From the IMG/VR virus record IMGVR_UViG_3300017774_001562, positions 1 to 52,351 of that record: DNA of 52,351 bases; one strand, written 5' to 3'. This DNA comes from a virus. Its lineage: Duplodnaviria > Caudoviricetes. Shown in pieces: positions 8,148 through 16,926 of this stretch. The notes below the pieces were generated by a model, which was given only the letters and a program-made list of their open reading frames with translations, was not told the DNA's origin and searched no databases. How positions within the stretch are numbered: position 1 is the stretch's first letter; each line of letters opens with the position of its first letter. Both the position numbers and the translations under genes were made by a program.

Positions 8148-8970
8148 AGTTAGTAATCAAAAGTTCTGCGCGGTCTTTTTGCTCATTCATGTAGTCACCT
8201 ACAGAACGCATAGTATAAGTCAAATCCCATTTGGTTTGATAGTAATTTTTATACCACTCCATGAGTGTAGGATTGGTATTATAAGTAATCATCCAATCAT
8301 CTTTGATATTACCCTGAGTCATATAAGCATGAAACTCTTCGTGGTTAAATCCTTTGTGAAGTTCCCCTTTTTTACCATAGAGATTATCTTTAATATCATA
8401 AGGAGGATCAAGGAACCAGAAGGTATTTACTGGTGCTGGCGTCAACATCATATCCCAGTAGTTATTATTAGTAATCTTCCAGTTCTTGATGAGTTTAGAA
8501 TACTCAGGAAGTTTATCAATGCCACGCATAGAAAAGTTGCTGACACTTGCTTGCCGAGAGAAGGAAGATGATTCAGTCAGACCAGAGAAACTACACTTGT
8601 TGATGACATAGAATGCAGCAGCACGATAAACATCCCACGTATTTTCATGGTTGAGTTCATGCTTCATCTGATTAAAGAGCTCACTAGCAAGGTCAGGGGT
8701 ATTGTGTTCTTCTTTGTATCGTTTCAGAATATCATAGAGTTCATCTGATTGGTCACGCAGAATACACCAGAAGGTATACAGAGGATTGTAGAGGTCATTC
8801 ACCCACACAGGAATGTCTGGGTTCTCTTTAGTGAATGCGATAGCAACACTACCACCACCAATGAAAGGTTCACGGTATTCTGTGATATCAGAAGGGAACT
8901 TAGGAAGTAGATATTTGATGGCACGAGATTTACCACCAGGATAACGAAGAGGGGTTTTCAAAGATTTCAT
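8080..8970 (-). CDS. dam: DNA adenine methyltransferase (Dam/D12 class)
   Basis: LRYPGGKS, YREPFIGGGSV, VNDL, catalytic DPPY, ELLITNY. Confidence 0.93.
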   Translation of the reverse strand: MKSLKTPLRYPGGKSRAIKYLLPKFPSDITEYREPFIGGGSVAIAFTKENPDIPVWVNDLYNPLYTFWCILRDQSDELYDILKRYKEEHNTPDLASELFNQMKHELNHENTWDVYRAAAFYVINKCSFSGLTESSSFSRQASVSNFSMRGIDKLPEYSKLIKNWKITNNNYWDMMLTPAPVNTFWFLDPPYDIKDNLYGKKGELHKGFNHEEFHAYMTQGNIKDDWMITYNTNPTLMEWYKNYYQTKWDLTYTMRSVGDYMNEQKDRAELLITNYANTKPIRISDFYQSDEEECNT

Positions 8971-9479
8971 TCAATACTCCAAATAAAGTTCATAATAAAT
9001 GTTTGTTTTTCTTCAAAGAAACTCTTGTCTACAGATTCTCCACCATCCAAGAAAAAATGTTCTGGTTTGGGATCACAGGAAGCAGTGATAGTAGATCCTC
9101 TAACTTTAATATTATAAAGCATAGAAGCTGGAACACAACATGCTTTAAGTTTATCTGGATCAGTAAAAAGGTAATAATCAGCTGGAGTAAAACGATTTAT
9201 GTCTGGTGTTCCATAACAATTCATCACAATTACTCCCCGAACCGCCATCAAACTTTTGTTAGTAAAAGTTACTTTTTTACTCTCGTATGTTTTTTTAAAA
9301 ATATCAAGCAAATCTTTACCAATCATATTGATTCGTGTCAATTGCCCATTGCTATATTCTTGATAGGCAATCTCAATCATTCTTCCCACATCAAAATATT
9401 GGGTGGGATCTGTATTACCAGAAAGAGTAGAAAGAAATTTAGACAAACGATTAAGTTCAATAGTTTTAAAATCAATCAT
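8967..9479 (-). CDS. Hypothetical protein with PD-(D/E)xK nuclease-like motif spacing
   Basis: 4-nt overlaps with gp44 and dam support the CDS; GRMIE...GKDLLD...YESKK...ADYYLF resembles an E..D..ExK active site (function inferred). Confidence 0.6.
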   Translation of the reverse strand: MIDFKTIELNRLSKFLSTLSGNTDPTQYFDVGRMIEIAYQEYSNGQLTRINMIGKDLLDIFKKTYESKKVTFTNKSLMAVRGVIVMNCYGTPDINRFTPADYYLFTDPDKLKACCVPASMLYNIKVRGSTITASCDPKPEHFFLDGGESVDKSFFEEKQTFIMNFIWSIE

Positions 9480-10420
9480 TTGAACTTACACTCCACCATG
9501 ATTTCGGTTAGACAAGCGAGAAGATTAATTTCTTGGTCCGCAACAAAGGCAATCTGGTATTGATACTTAGCAAGCACCAACACAGCAGGAGGAATAGAGG
9601 GTCCTTCAATAACTTCAACTAGTGCATTATATATTTTACGAATAATAATATTTGGGTCACTATCCATATTATTAACTACCCATTTTCGCACAGTAGTAAA
9701 TTCTTTATTTTTCATTGCACGAATTAAATCATCTAAATTGATATCAGCGATATCACAGAGCACAGCAGTGTCAAGTGATCCACCTGCTGAATGACGCTGT
9801 GCTTCGTTGATAAGACGCCGCCAGTCTGGATAGTAACGCTGAATCAGTTTGACCACCACCTTATCCTCATAGGTCACACCAGAGGTGCCTAGGATGCTCT
9901 TGAGGCGGTCAAAGAACTGTGCCTGTAACTTCTGCTCCTCTCCCTTCTTAATACGAAAATCAACGACTGTACACCGAGAATGAAGAGGCTCTACAATTTT
10001 ATTAATGAAGTTACAGGTAAAAATAAAACGACAGTTGCTATGAAATTCTTCAATAAAAGTACGAAGAGATAACTGTACATCATGTGTAGTATTGTCTGCC
10101 TCATCAATAATAACAACCTTGTGTTTACCACCGCTTGTCATACTGATAGTAGAAGCAAACTGCTTGACACGGGTTCTAATAGTATCAAGAAAACGACCTT
10201 CATCTGATCCATTGATAACAATATAACTCAAGTTAAGTTGTTGACACAATGCTTTAGCAACAGTAGTCTTACCAACACCAGGAGGACCAGAGAGCAGAAG
10301 ATTAGAAATCTCTCCTTGCTCAATGAATCCAGTAAATACTTTCTTTAACGAAGTAGGGAGGATACAATCTTCAATAGTATGAGGACGATATTCCTCCACC
10401 CACAGGAAGTTTTTCATCAA
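9476..10420 (-). CDS. gp44: Clamp loader large subunit (AAA+)
   Basis: LWVEEYRP, GPPGVGKTT, IIDEAD, LHSRC. Confidence 0.97.
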   Translation of the reverse strand: MMKNFLWVEEYRPHTIEDCILPTSLKKVFTGFIEQGEISNLLLSGPPGVGKTTVAKALCQQLNLSYIVINGSDEGRFLDTIRTRVKQFASTISMTSGGKHKVVIIDEADNTTHDVQLSLRTFIEEFHSNCRFIFTCNFINKIVEPLHSRCTVVDFRIKKGEEQKLQAQFFDRLKSILGTSGVTYEDKVVVKLIQRYYPDWRRLINEAQRHSAGGSLDTAVLCDIADINLDDLIRAMKNKEFTTVRKWVVNNMDSDPNIIIRKIYNALVEVIEGPSIPPAVLVLAKYQYQIAFVADQEINLLACLTEIMVECKFK

Positions 10421-11079
10421 GGCTCCATAGCAATATAGTAAGTCAAATCAAAGTTAGTATGTTTCCATTCGGTAATTGAATGTTTAGATGCACCTACGTT
10501 ATAATCACCCGATAGCAATCTAAGATTTTCTACTTTGAGATGAAGATTATGTTTTCCATCAAAATCACCGTTTACAGTAATATCATAAACATGCGATGTA
10601 TCATTTTCTAAATCTCTAACAGATAATAAAATCTCTTCATCTGTATCGATAACAAAATCGGGAAGTTTATATACGTTAGATGCTTTGTTGAGTGATAAAA
10701 TATCGTTTGCTGTCAAAGAAAATGTAATATCAGATCCTGGATAATTTACCTTTTTATCAGGAGCAGTCTTAAGTGTAATTTCAGGGTCACTAAAATAATA
10801 TTTGACACGACTACGGCCAGATTTAATAGTAAGATAATCTTCATTATCAAATACTAAACTAGGACTGTCAAATAAAGACAACCCAGCAAGAAACTGACTA
10901 AGATCATAGATAGCAAACGTTTGTGGAAAAGTTTCTTCTATTGTTACAAAAGAAAGAATATTTTCTTGATTGCTAATAGTGCGAAGAATGTTTCCTTCTT
11001 TGATTACAATAGAAGTATTGATTGTGCAAAAGTTTTTGAGAATGTCAATAGTAGTTTTGGAAAGTGCAACAGTGCTCAT
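10417..11079 (-). CDS. gp45: Sliding clamp
   Basis: LKNFCTINTSI, FAIYDLSQFL, YYFSDP, YYIAME; synteny. Confidence 0.95.
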   Translation of the reverse strand: MSTVALSKTTIDILKNFCTINTSIVIKEGNILRTISNQENILSFVTIEETFPQTFAIYDLSQFLAGLSLFDSPSLVFDNEDYLTIKSGRSRVKYYFSDPEITLKTAPDKKVNYPGSDITFSLTANDILSLNKASNVYKLPDFVIDTDEEILLSVRDLENDTSHVYDITVNGDFDGKHNLHLKVENLRLLSGDYNVGASKHSITEWKHTNFDLTYYIAMEP

Positions 11080-11387
11080 AATTTAAATTCAGAAAGACCG
11101 TTTTCGAGACGGGTGTAATGTTTATCAAAATGAAGCAGCAGCATGGCGTAGTGTATTACCTTTAGCAAGTCACGTTTGTTATGACCATCCTTATCACCGT
11201 AACGACTGCCATACTTAAGAATATTAGCTTGACAGAAATCTGGTGCCAAGTCTTTTGCTGCGATCAAATCAATAGTTTGGATTTCTTTATAGGCATCGTT
11301 ATGCCCACAGTAGTGACTGCTATATGTGCCAGATACATAATCTTCAATATCTTTAAGGATTTTATCTTCAGTATATTTCCATTGCAT
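11076..11387 (-). CDS. DUF3310-like protein (T7 gp1.7-related family)
   Basis: SHY...QTIDLI...FCQANILKYGSRYGDK...DLLKVIHY. Confidence 0.75.
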   Translation of the reverse strand: MQWKYTEDKILKDIEDYVSGTYSSHYCGHNDAYKEIQTIDLIAAKDLAPDFCQANILKYGSRYGDKDGHNKRDLLKVIHYAMLLLHFDKHYTRLENGLSEFKL

Positions 11388-11389
11388 AA

Positions 11390-11593
11390 TTAATTTTTCC
11401 CCATAATGGATTCTATCATATCATAATAACACGTAAAAGGATCATAGTCAAGTGTTAGTTTATTTTTATACCTATGACCAATATAACAACAGACTTCCTC
11501 CATACTATGAGTTTGACATATTTTACATTTTATTAAAAAAAGATTACCATCCTTTAAACGCACAAGTGTATTACGAGGAAGATCATCAAACAT
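11390..11593 (-). CDS. Small hypothetical protein (start probably MFDDLP at 11593)
   Basis: The internal ATG overlaps the upstream stop by 8 nt, and the ORF ends 2 nt before the next gene. Confidence 0.6.
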   Translation of the reverse strand: MFDDLPRNTLVRLKDGNLFLIKCKICQTHSMEEVCCYIGHRYKNKLTLDYDPFTCYYDMIESIMGKN

Positions 11594-12677
11594 TTGTCTC
11601 GATGATTTCAACAACATCTTCATTAATAGAAGCATCAATCTTAGAGTAGAGCTCTAAGAAGGATTGTTTAGTCTCATCATCAAAACGAGCAACACAAACA
11701 TCAATTGCTTTTTTACGTTTACCAAAAATACCAAAGGCACGAATGATATGAACTAAGCGACGAGTAGAGATGACTTCATCAACTCCACCATCATAAAAAG
11801 TTTTGCGTATAATATCAGCCCAAGCAACTAGGCGATCAACAAACTCAGCATCATAGCAATTAATTGATTCTGCTACTTTTTTAAGAATAGAAGTCTCAAC
11901 TTTGACATTAGGATATGCTTGCTCAAAAGTTACAGGGAAACGCTCAAGGAAAGCTTCGTTAAGCATATTAGTGCCAATGAAGCGACCGTCCTCACTACCC
12001 TTACCTTTTGTGTTAGCCGTAGCAACTATATTAAAACCAGCAGTAGGTTTCACATATTTACCAATCTTCTTCAGAAAGACACCTTTACCTTCTAGGACTG
12101 ATTGAAGGCAAAGGATTTTATTAGATGCGAGATCCACTTCATCGAGAAGTAGGATTGCGCCACGCTCAAGGGCTTGGATGACTGGTCCATTGTGCCACAC
12201 TGTTTCGCCATTAACAAGGCGGAAACCCCCAATAAGATCATCTTCATCAGTTTCAATAGTAATGTTTACACGAATCAATTCACGTTTAAGTTGAGCACAC
12301 GCCTGCTCCACACTAAAAGTTTTGCCATTACCAGATAAACCAGTGATGAAGATAGGATAATATTGCCGACTAGAAAGGATTTTTTTAACGTCTGGAAAAT
12401 TCCCGAACGGGAAAAACGTAGGGTCTTTAGTTGGAATAAGGTTGAATTCTTCCCGAACGGGAACAGGCATAGAGATCACAGCAGGTTGATTAAATACTTC
12501 TTCAAGTTTTTCTACAGCAGTTAAATGCCATAGACCACGTTGAATTTTAAATGATTTTAATTCTTTAGCTAGAGTTTGGTATCCAATACCAGATTCTGTA
12601 GCGTAAACGTGAAGGTCAGCAGCAGTCACCACCTGACCAAAACGATCAATGAGTGGAGAGACTTCAAAGTTTTTCAT
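11586..12677 (-). CDS. cobS: MoxR/CobS-like AAA+ ATPase
   Basis: GLSGNGKT, LLLDEVD, ATANTKGKG, NEAFLERF, ISTRRL. Confidence 0.9.
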   Translation of the reverse strand: MKNFEVSPLIDRFGQVVTAADLHVYATESGIGYQTLAKELKSFKIQRGLWHLTAVEKLEEVFNQPAVISMPVPVREEFNLIPTKDPTFFPFGNFPDVKKILSSRQYYPIFITGLSGNGKTFSVEQACAQLKRELIRVNITIETDEDDLIGGFRLVNGETVWHNGPVIQALERGAILLLDEVDLASNKILCLQSVLEGKGVFLKKIGKYVKPTAGFNIVATANTKGKGSEDGRFIGTNMLNEAFLERFPVTFEQAYPNVKVETSILKKVAESINCYDAEFVDRLVAWADIIRKTFYDGGVDEVISTRRLVHIIRAFGIFGKRKKAIDVCVARFDDETKQSFLELYSKIDASINEDVVEIIETNV

Positions 12678-12700
12678 GGTGAGTTGTTTTGTATGTAGTT

Positions 12701-12729
12701 ATTATAGAGGAAAAGAGGTGAAAGCGCAA
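12701..12729 (-). promoter_or_regulatory. sigma70-type early promoter TTGCGC-N17-TATAAT
   Basis: 17-nt spacer, in the intergenic gap upstream of the cobS-like gene. Confidence 0.75.
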
Positions 12730-12745
12730 GCACTCATTGATTAGA

Positions 12746-14872
12746 TTAACTGATGAGTGAAGCAAAAGAAGTTAGCATTTTCTTATTGACTCCTTTCTTA
12801 GCAAGTGATTTCGTAAAGGCAGCACCGATTTGTTTATTGGTAGCATTCTCATCTACATCAAAATCAACAGAAGAAGAAAGATTATCAAGTGCCATTAGAT
12901 ACAAAGATTGATAACCCATAAAATCAACTAGCTCAACAGACTTAGATTTTTTCCATTGCTTTTGAATATTTTCATAAGAAATTTTAGATTCTCCATTGTT
13001 ACATATATTAGAAAGATTTCTCCCACTAATAAGACGAATGCCAATCAGATTAATGTCTGGGTGACGATCACGAATACACTGAAGAAAGATTGAAGTAATC
13101 ATATCTGCTTGATAACTTGAAGATTTAAAACGAGGATATACACGACCAGTCTTACGGTCACGCAGCACACAATCATTATCAATATAATTTCTACCAATTT
13201 TTACATAAGATCCACGCTTATACTCCATAAGATAGTTAATGGATTGAGCTTCACCATCAGTCAAAATAACAACATTAGTTTTTTGGACTTTATTACGTTT
13301 TTGAAAGTCTGGAATAAGCACAGTCAAAGCAATCACAGATTCATTTAAAGGAGTGCCAGACAAAGCATAACCAGGCGGTTGACTGTAATTAATAAAACTT
13401 TTAAAACGACTGTAATCACTATAACCATAAGTAAGACGCCAGAAGTTTTTAAGTTGTGCTTCAAGATCTTTACCATTACGATTATTACTAGTGACCATAT
13501 TCAGAAGACGAAAGTTTTCTTCCACATTAACGTAACCAGAAACTTGTTTATGATGTGCGTAAGATTTATCACGTGTCATTGTAGTATAATCAAATGATTT
13601 TGAATACCAGTAATCATTAGTGAAAGCGTAGATATCAAAAGGAATTTGGACTTTTTTACAAAACCAAGCAAGGTTAAGAAGTTGTTTGACAGTATCATGT
13701 AAACAACTACCCATAGATCCAGACCAATCAAGAATAAAAATCATACCGTGATTTTTACCATCAGGCACTATATTGATTTTTTTGAATACATCTTCATTCC
13801 ACTTGTAGGTATGAAGTTTTTGCGTATCAAGAATACCAGTCTTCGCAGTGCTAGAGCGAGCGTATTGATCTGCTGATTTACGCATCTCAAACTCTTTCAC
13901 CAGATAGTTTACCTCACGTTGAGCTTCACTGCGAAACTCTAGATACTGTTTATCAGCATCAGTAAACAACTCAGCACATTGCTCGCCATATGTTTCACTA
14001 CAATCTTTCATCACCTGTTTATTAGAAATAACAAACGTATTCAAATCTAGTGGTGGTATCTCAACATAGTCAATTGATCTAGAATGAGAAGAATTAAGTT
14101 GTCTTTGTTTTTCAGAGAATGCTTTATTAGTTTCAGATTCTAGATTATTGATGCCGCCAATATCACTACCAGCGCCAGAGACATCGGGTTGCTCATCAGC
14201 ATCTTCAGGTTGACTCTGCCCCTCACTCTGCCCCTGACTCTGTCCTTCACTCTGCCCCTCAGTTGAATCACCACCAGATTGAGTAGTCTCGTCGGTGTTA
14301 ACATCTGCCTGAATCTTTTCCAACTCTTGCTCCCGAGTATAGGCAAGAATCTGACGAGCAGCTTCCACTACCTGTGCGAAAGTTTCTGCTTGTGAAACCA
14401 TATCGGATAGTGTTTTTTCTTTTTCGTTAAAAGGAATTATCATACCAGCGTGAAGACCAATCTTAAAGTAAAGATTGATACGATCAATTAAGGTATAACT
14501 ATCCATATCACGATCACCTATTTCAAAGAAATCTTGAGTATGTAACTCTTGATAAGCATCATAAAAGTTACGAGCAAGGCCAGGAAACTTACGCTTCATC
14601 ATCTTTTCAATACGAGCATCCTCTACCACGTTAAGGTAGGACTGTGGCACTTGATGATCTTCACCCCACTCGTCTGGGGTATACAGAGCGTGACCAACCT
14701 CATGACCCACCAGCATGTCGTATACGTTGGGTGACGCTATGTCCCACATAGGTAAGGTCAGCACACGATCTTTTATATTAAACATAGCAGTCTCAACCTG
14801 ACGATGCTCCACGATAAGATTTTCGGTTGCTAGCAGGCGGGCTAAGTTGCCCTTGACTTCCATATTCAGCAT
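12746..14872 (-). CDS. CobT-like protein: N-terminal HExxH metallopeptidase-like domain, acidic linker, C-terminal VWA domain
   Basis: VGHEVGH and NVVEDARIE; MIDAS LDWSGSM, GTPL, ILTDGE; adjacent to a MoxR ATPase. Confidence 0.88.
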   Translation of the reverse strand: MLNMEVKGNLARLLATENLIVEHRQVETAMFNIKDRVLTLPMWDIASPNVYDMLVGHEVGHALYTPDEWGEDHQVPQSYLNVVEDARIEKMMKRKFPGLARNFYDAYQELHTQDFFEIGDRDMDSYTLIDRINLYFKIGLHAGMIIPFNEKEKTLSDMVSQAETFAQVVEAARQILAYTREQELEKIQADVNTDETTQSGGDSTEGQSEGQSQGQSEGQSQPEDADEQPDVSGAGSDIGGINNLESETNKAFSEKQRQLNSSHSRSIDYVEIPPLDLNTFVISNKQVMKDCSETYGEQCAELFTDADKQYLEFRSEAQREVNYLVKEFEMRKSADQYARSSTAKTGILDTQKLHTYKWNEDVFKKINIVPDGKNHGMIFILDWSGSMGSCLHDTVKQLLNLAWFCKKVQIPFDIYAFTNDYWYSKSFDYTTMTRDKSYAHHKQVSGYVNVEENFRLLNMVTSNNRNGKDLEAQLKNFWRLTYGYSDYSRFKSFINYSQPPGYALSGTPLNESVIALTVLIPDFQKRNKVQKTNVVILTDGEAQSINYLMEYKRGSYVKIGRNYIDNDCVLRDRKTGRVYPRFKSSSYQADMITSIFLQCIRDRHPDINLIGIRLISGRNLSNICNNGESKISYENIQKQWKKSKSVELVDFMGYQSLYLMALDNLSSSVDFDVDENATNKQIGAAFTKSLAKKGVNKKMLTSFASLIS
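14213..14260. repeat. 4 x 12-bp tandem repeat (EGQS)4 in the VWA protein linker
   Basis: actctgcccctc / actctgcccctg / actctgtccttc / actctgcccctc. Confidence 0.9.
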
Positions 14873-14895
14873 TTGTTTCTTTTGACGTTAGACCT

Positions 14896-14924
14896 ACTAT
14901 ACGACAAAAGGGACGCCAAAGCAA
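14896..14924 (-). promoter_or_regulatory. sigma70-type early promoter TTGCTT-N17-TATAGT
   Basis: 17-nt spacer, upstream of the VWA gene. Confidence 0.65.
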
Positions 14925-14928
14925 CCCC
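14906..14928 (-). terminator. Weak terminator-like hairpin after gp46
   Basis: GGGGTTGC tttg GCGTCCC TTTT. Confidence 0.5.
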
Positions 14929-14935
14929 TAATAAA

Positions 14936-16660
14936 TTATTCTGATGTTTCCTCAGTGACATATGAGAAATTCTTATGCTTGTCGAATCGTAAACAACGAC
15001 TAAATTTATCTGCCATATTATCACGATGAGAAATTACAAATACATTTGTCTTATCATCAAACGTTTGTAGAATCCAACTTAAGTCACTGTTGCCAGATTG
15101 ATCTAATGACCCATCAAAAATCTCATCTAGAATAAGCAAATTAGTATCAACACTATTTTTAAGTTTAGCAATAGAGCGCCAAGTAAGCAACAGAGCGATA
15201 TCAATCCTAGCTTTCTCTCCCTCACTGAAAGATTCATAACTAAACTCATCTCTATAGCGTGATTTGATTACTTCTTCAAAGTTTTCATTTAACATAAATG
15301 ATGTGGAAAACTCCATCTTATCAAGATAATCATTGATAAGTTTATTCATTGTCGGTAAATATTTTTTGATGATCCTCGTTTTGATGCCCGAGTCTTTGAG
15401 GAGTTGCGATGCGGTGAGTAAGCAATCCTTTTCTTCCTTTGTTTCTGAAACCGTTTCTTGGATTCGCTTGCCTTTCTCGTCGAGTGATTTAAGAATTGAA
15501 AACTGCTCCCGTTGATTGACATCCGAATCCCGCAGTTTTCTGATGTCGTCGTCCAACTCCTCAATTCTTCTATGAAGTGATTTAATGTCATTCGTTAAAT
15601 GTTTATTTTTTTGATTGAGATCATTAATTTCATCAATCAAAAGAATAAAGGTATCTTCTTGACTTTGGAGATCGGAAAGTTGTTGTCCCAAATCAGACAT
15701 AGCTTTCTCCACCTCAACAAGTTTATCCGAGAGAAGCGTGATCTTCTCCTGTTTAAAATGCTCCTCAATTGATTGCCCACATGTCGGGCACGAATCATTC
15801 TGCTGAAAGAATACCTTTTCTTTGTTATGTAATTTTTGTTTTGATGTAATTTTATTTCTGAGCGAATCAACCTTAGTGATCGTTGCCTTAATTTTCTTTG
15901 TGTCTGAAATGGCAAATGTCTTTTTGTTGATTGCCTCGTCGTTATTGATGATTTCTGTTTCATGATTTAATGCTTCAATTAGCAAAGTTTCCTTTCGTTT
16001 TTCTTTTTCTACAATATCTTCTTTATTCTTTTTTTCTAGGTCAAGCATAAAATTCTTTTGCATATCAATTTTTTCTTTGATAAGCGATAAATTATATTCG
16101 TGATCTTTTAATTCATCATTAATAATTTTAAATTTTTCTTTTAAGTTGACATTCATTGTTGAAAAAATTTGAATGTCAAGAATATCTTCAATGATTTCTC
16201 TGCGAGCTGACAAAGACAAACGCATGAAAGGAATAAAAGTTGATGACCCCAGCAATACAATTTGAGTAAATGATTTATAATTCATTTTCAAAATAGTCTG
16301 CTCAAAATGTTTCTGTTGATCTACAACAGAAGCGTCTTGATTTAATGTTTCGCCATTTTGATAAATTTCAAACTTCGCTGGTTTTATGCCACGCACCACT
16401 TTGTATTTATTATTACCGACATCAAATTCTAACTCAGTTACGCAATCAGTTTGATTAATTGAATTAAGTAATTGAGGCTTATTAATTTTTCTAAATGGTT
16501 TGGCAAACAAAGCAAAAGTGAGAGCATCTAGAATGGTGCTTTTACCAGCTCCATTTGCTCCCACAATAATTGTGCTTTTTTCTTTTGTTAATTCAACTTC
16601 AGTAAATTGATTCCCCGTTGAGAGAAAGTTTTTCCATTTAATCGTCTTGAAAATTATCAT
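14936..16660 (-). CDS. gp46: Rad50/SbcC-like recombination endonuclease subunit
   Basis: GANGAGKS, zinc hook CPTC, FSEGEK, LILDE, VISH. Confidence 0.97.
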   Translation of the reverse strand: MIIFKTIKWKNFLSTGNQFTEVELTKEKSTIIVGANGAGKSTILDALTFALFAKPFRKINKPQLLNSINQTDCVTELEFDVGNNKYKVVRGIKPAKFEIYQNGETLNQDASVVDQQKHFEQTILKMNYKSFTQIVLLGSSTFIPFMRLSLSARREIIEDILDIQIFSTMNVNLKEKFKIINDELKDHEYNLSLIKEKIDMQKNFMLDLEKKNKEDIVEKEKRKETLLIEALNHETEIINNDEAINKKTFAISDTKKIKATITKVDSLRNKITSKQKLHNKEKVFFQQNDSCPTCGQSIEEHFKQEKITLLSDKLVEVEKAMSDLGQQLSDLQSQEDTFILLIDEINDLNQKNKHLTNDIKSLHRRIEELDDDIRKLRDSDVNQREQFSILKSLDEKGKRIQETVSETKEEKDCLLTASQLLKDSGIKTRIIKKYLPTMNKLINDYLDKMEFSTSFMLNENFEEVIKSRYRDEFSYESFSEGEKARIDIALLLTWRSIAKLKNSVDTNLLILDEIFDGSLDQSGNSDLSWILQTFDDKTNVFVISHRDNMADKFSRCLRFDKHKNFSYVTEETSE

Positions 16661-16926
16661 GTATTTGTAGGAGGTATTATAAAATCGTTAGGAGTAACTA
16701 TAGTGTAACAGTACCCTTTATTCTCGCATATTTTTGATGCTATGTCAATGTCTGTTTCGTTAATTTCTAATTCGGGTAAGTTAGTATCAGTATCGTTATC
16801 AATAAGCAATCCTAAATATCGCTCAGCATCCTCTTCTTCTTCAAAAAATAAAATGACATGTTCTCCATCTTCTGATATCACAGAATAAACTCCTTCTGGA
16901 TGATCCTGCAAGCAGATTAAAAACAT
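16657..16926 (-). CDS. Conserved hypothetical protein (DUF3110-like)
   Basis: EGVYSV...FEEEEDAERY..LL...FIIPP; between gp47 and gp46. Confidence 0.75.
   Translation of the reverse strand: MFLICLQDHPEGVYSVISEDGEHVILFFEEEEDAERYLGLLIDNDTDTNLPELEINETDIDIASKICENKGYCYTIVTPNDFIIPPTNT

Noticed and set aside
11586-12677. Cobalamin biosynthesis role for the cobS-like gene
   Set aside because: No cobN or other cob genes; it is a general MoxR-type ATPase with a VWA partner.
14140-14346. +1 ORF over the VWA linker
   Set aside because: Accounted for by the GC-rich low-complexity (EGQS)n linker.
15340-15960. Possible open +2 frame in the GC3-rich part of gp46
   Set aside because: Hand translation shows stops (aaT AAc, atT AAg) in the upstream part; the long ORFs with starts are in the +1 frame.
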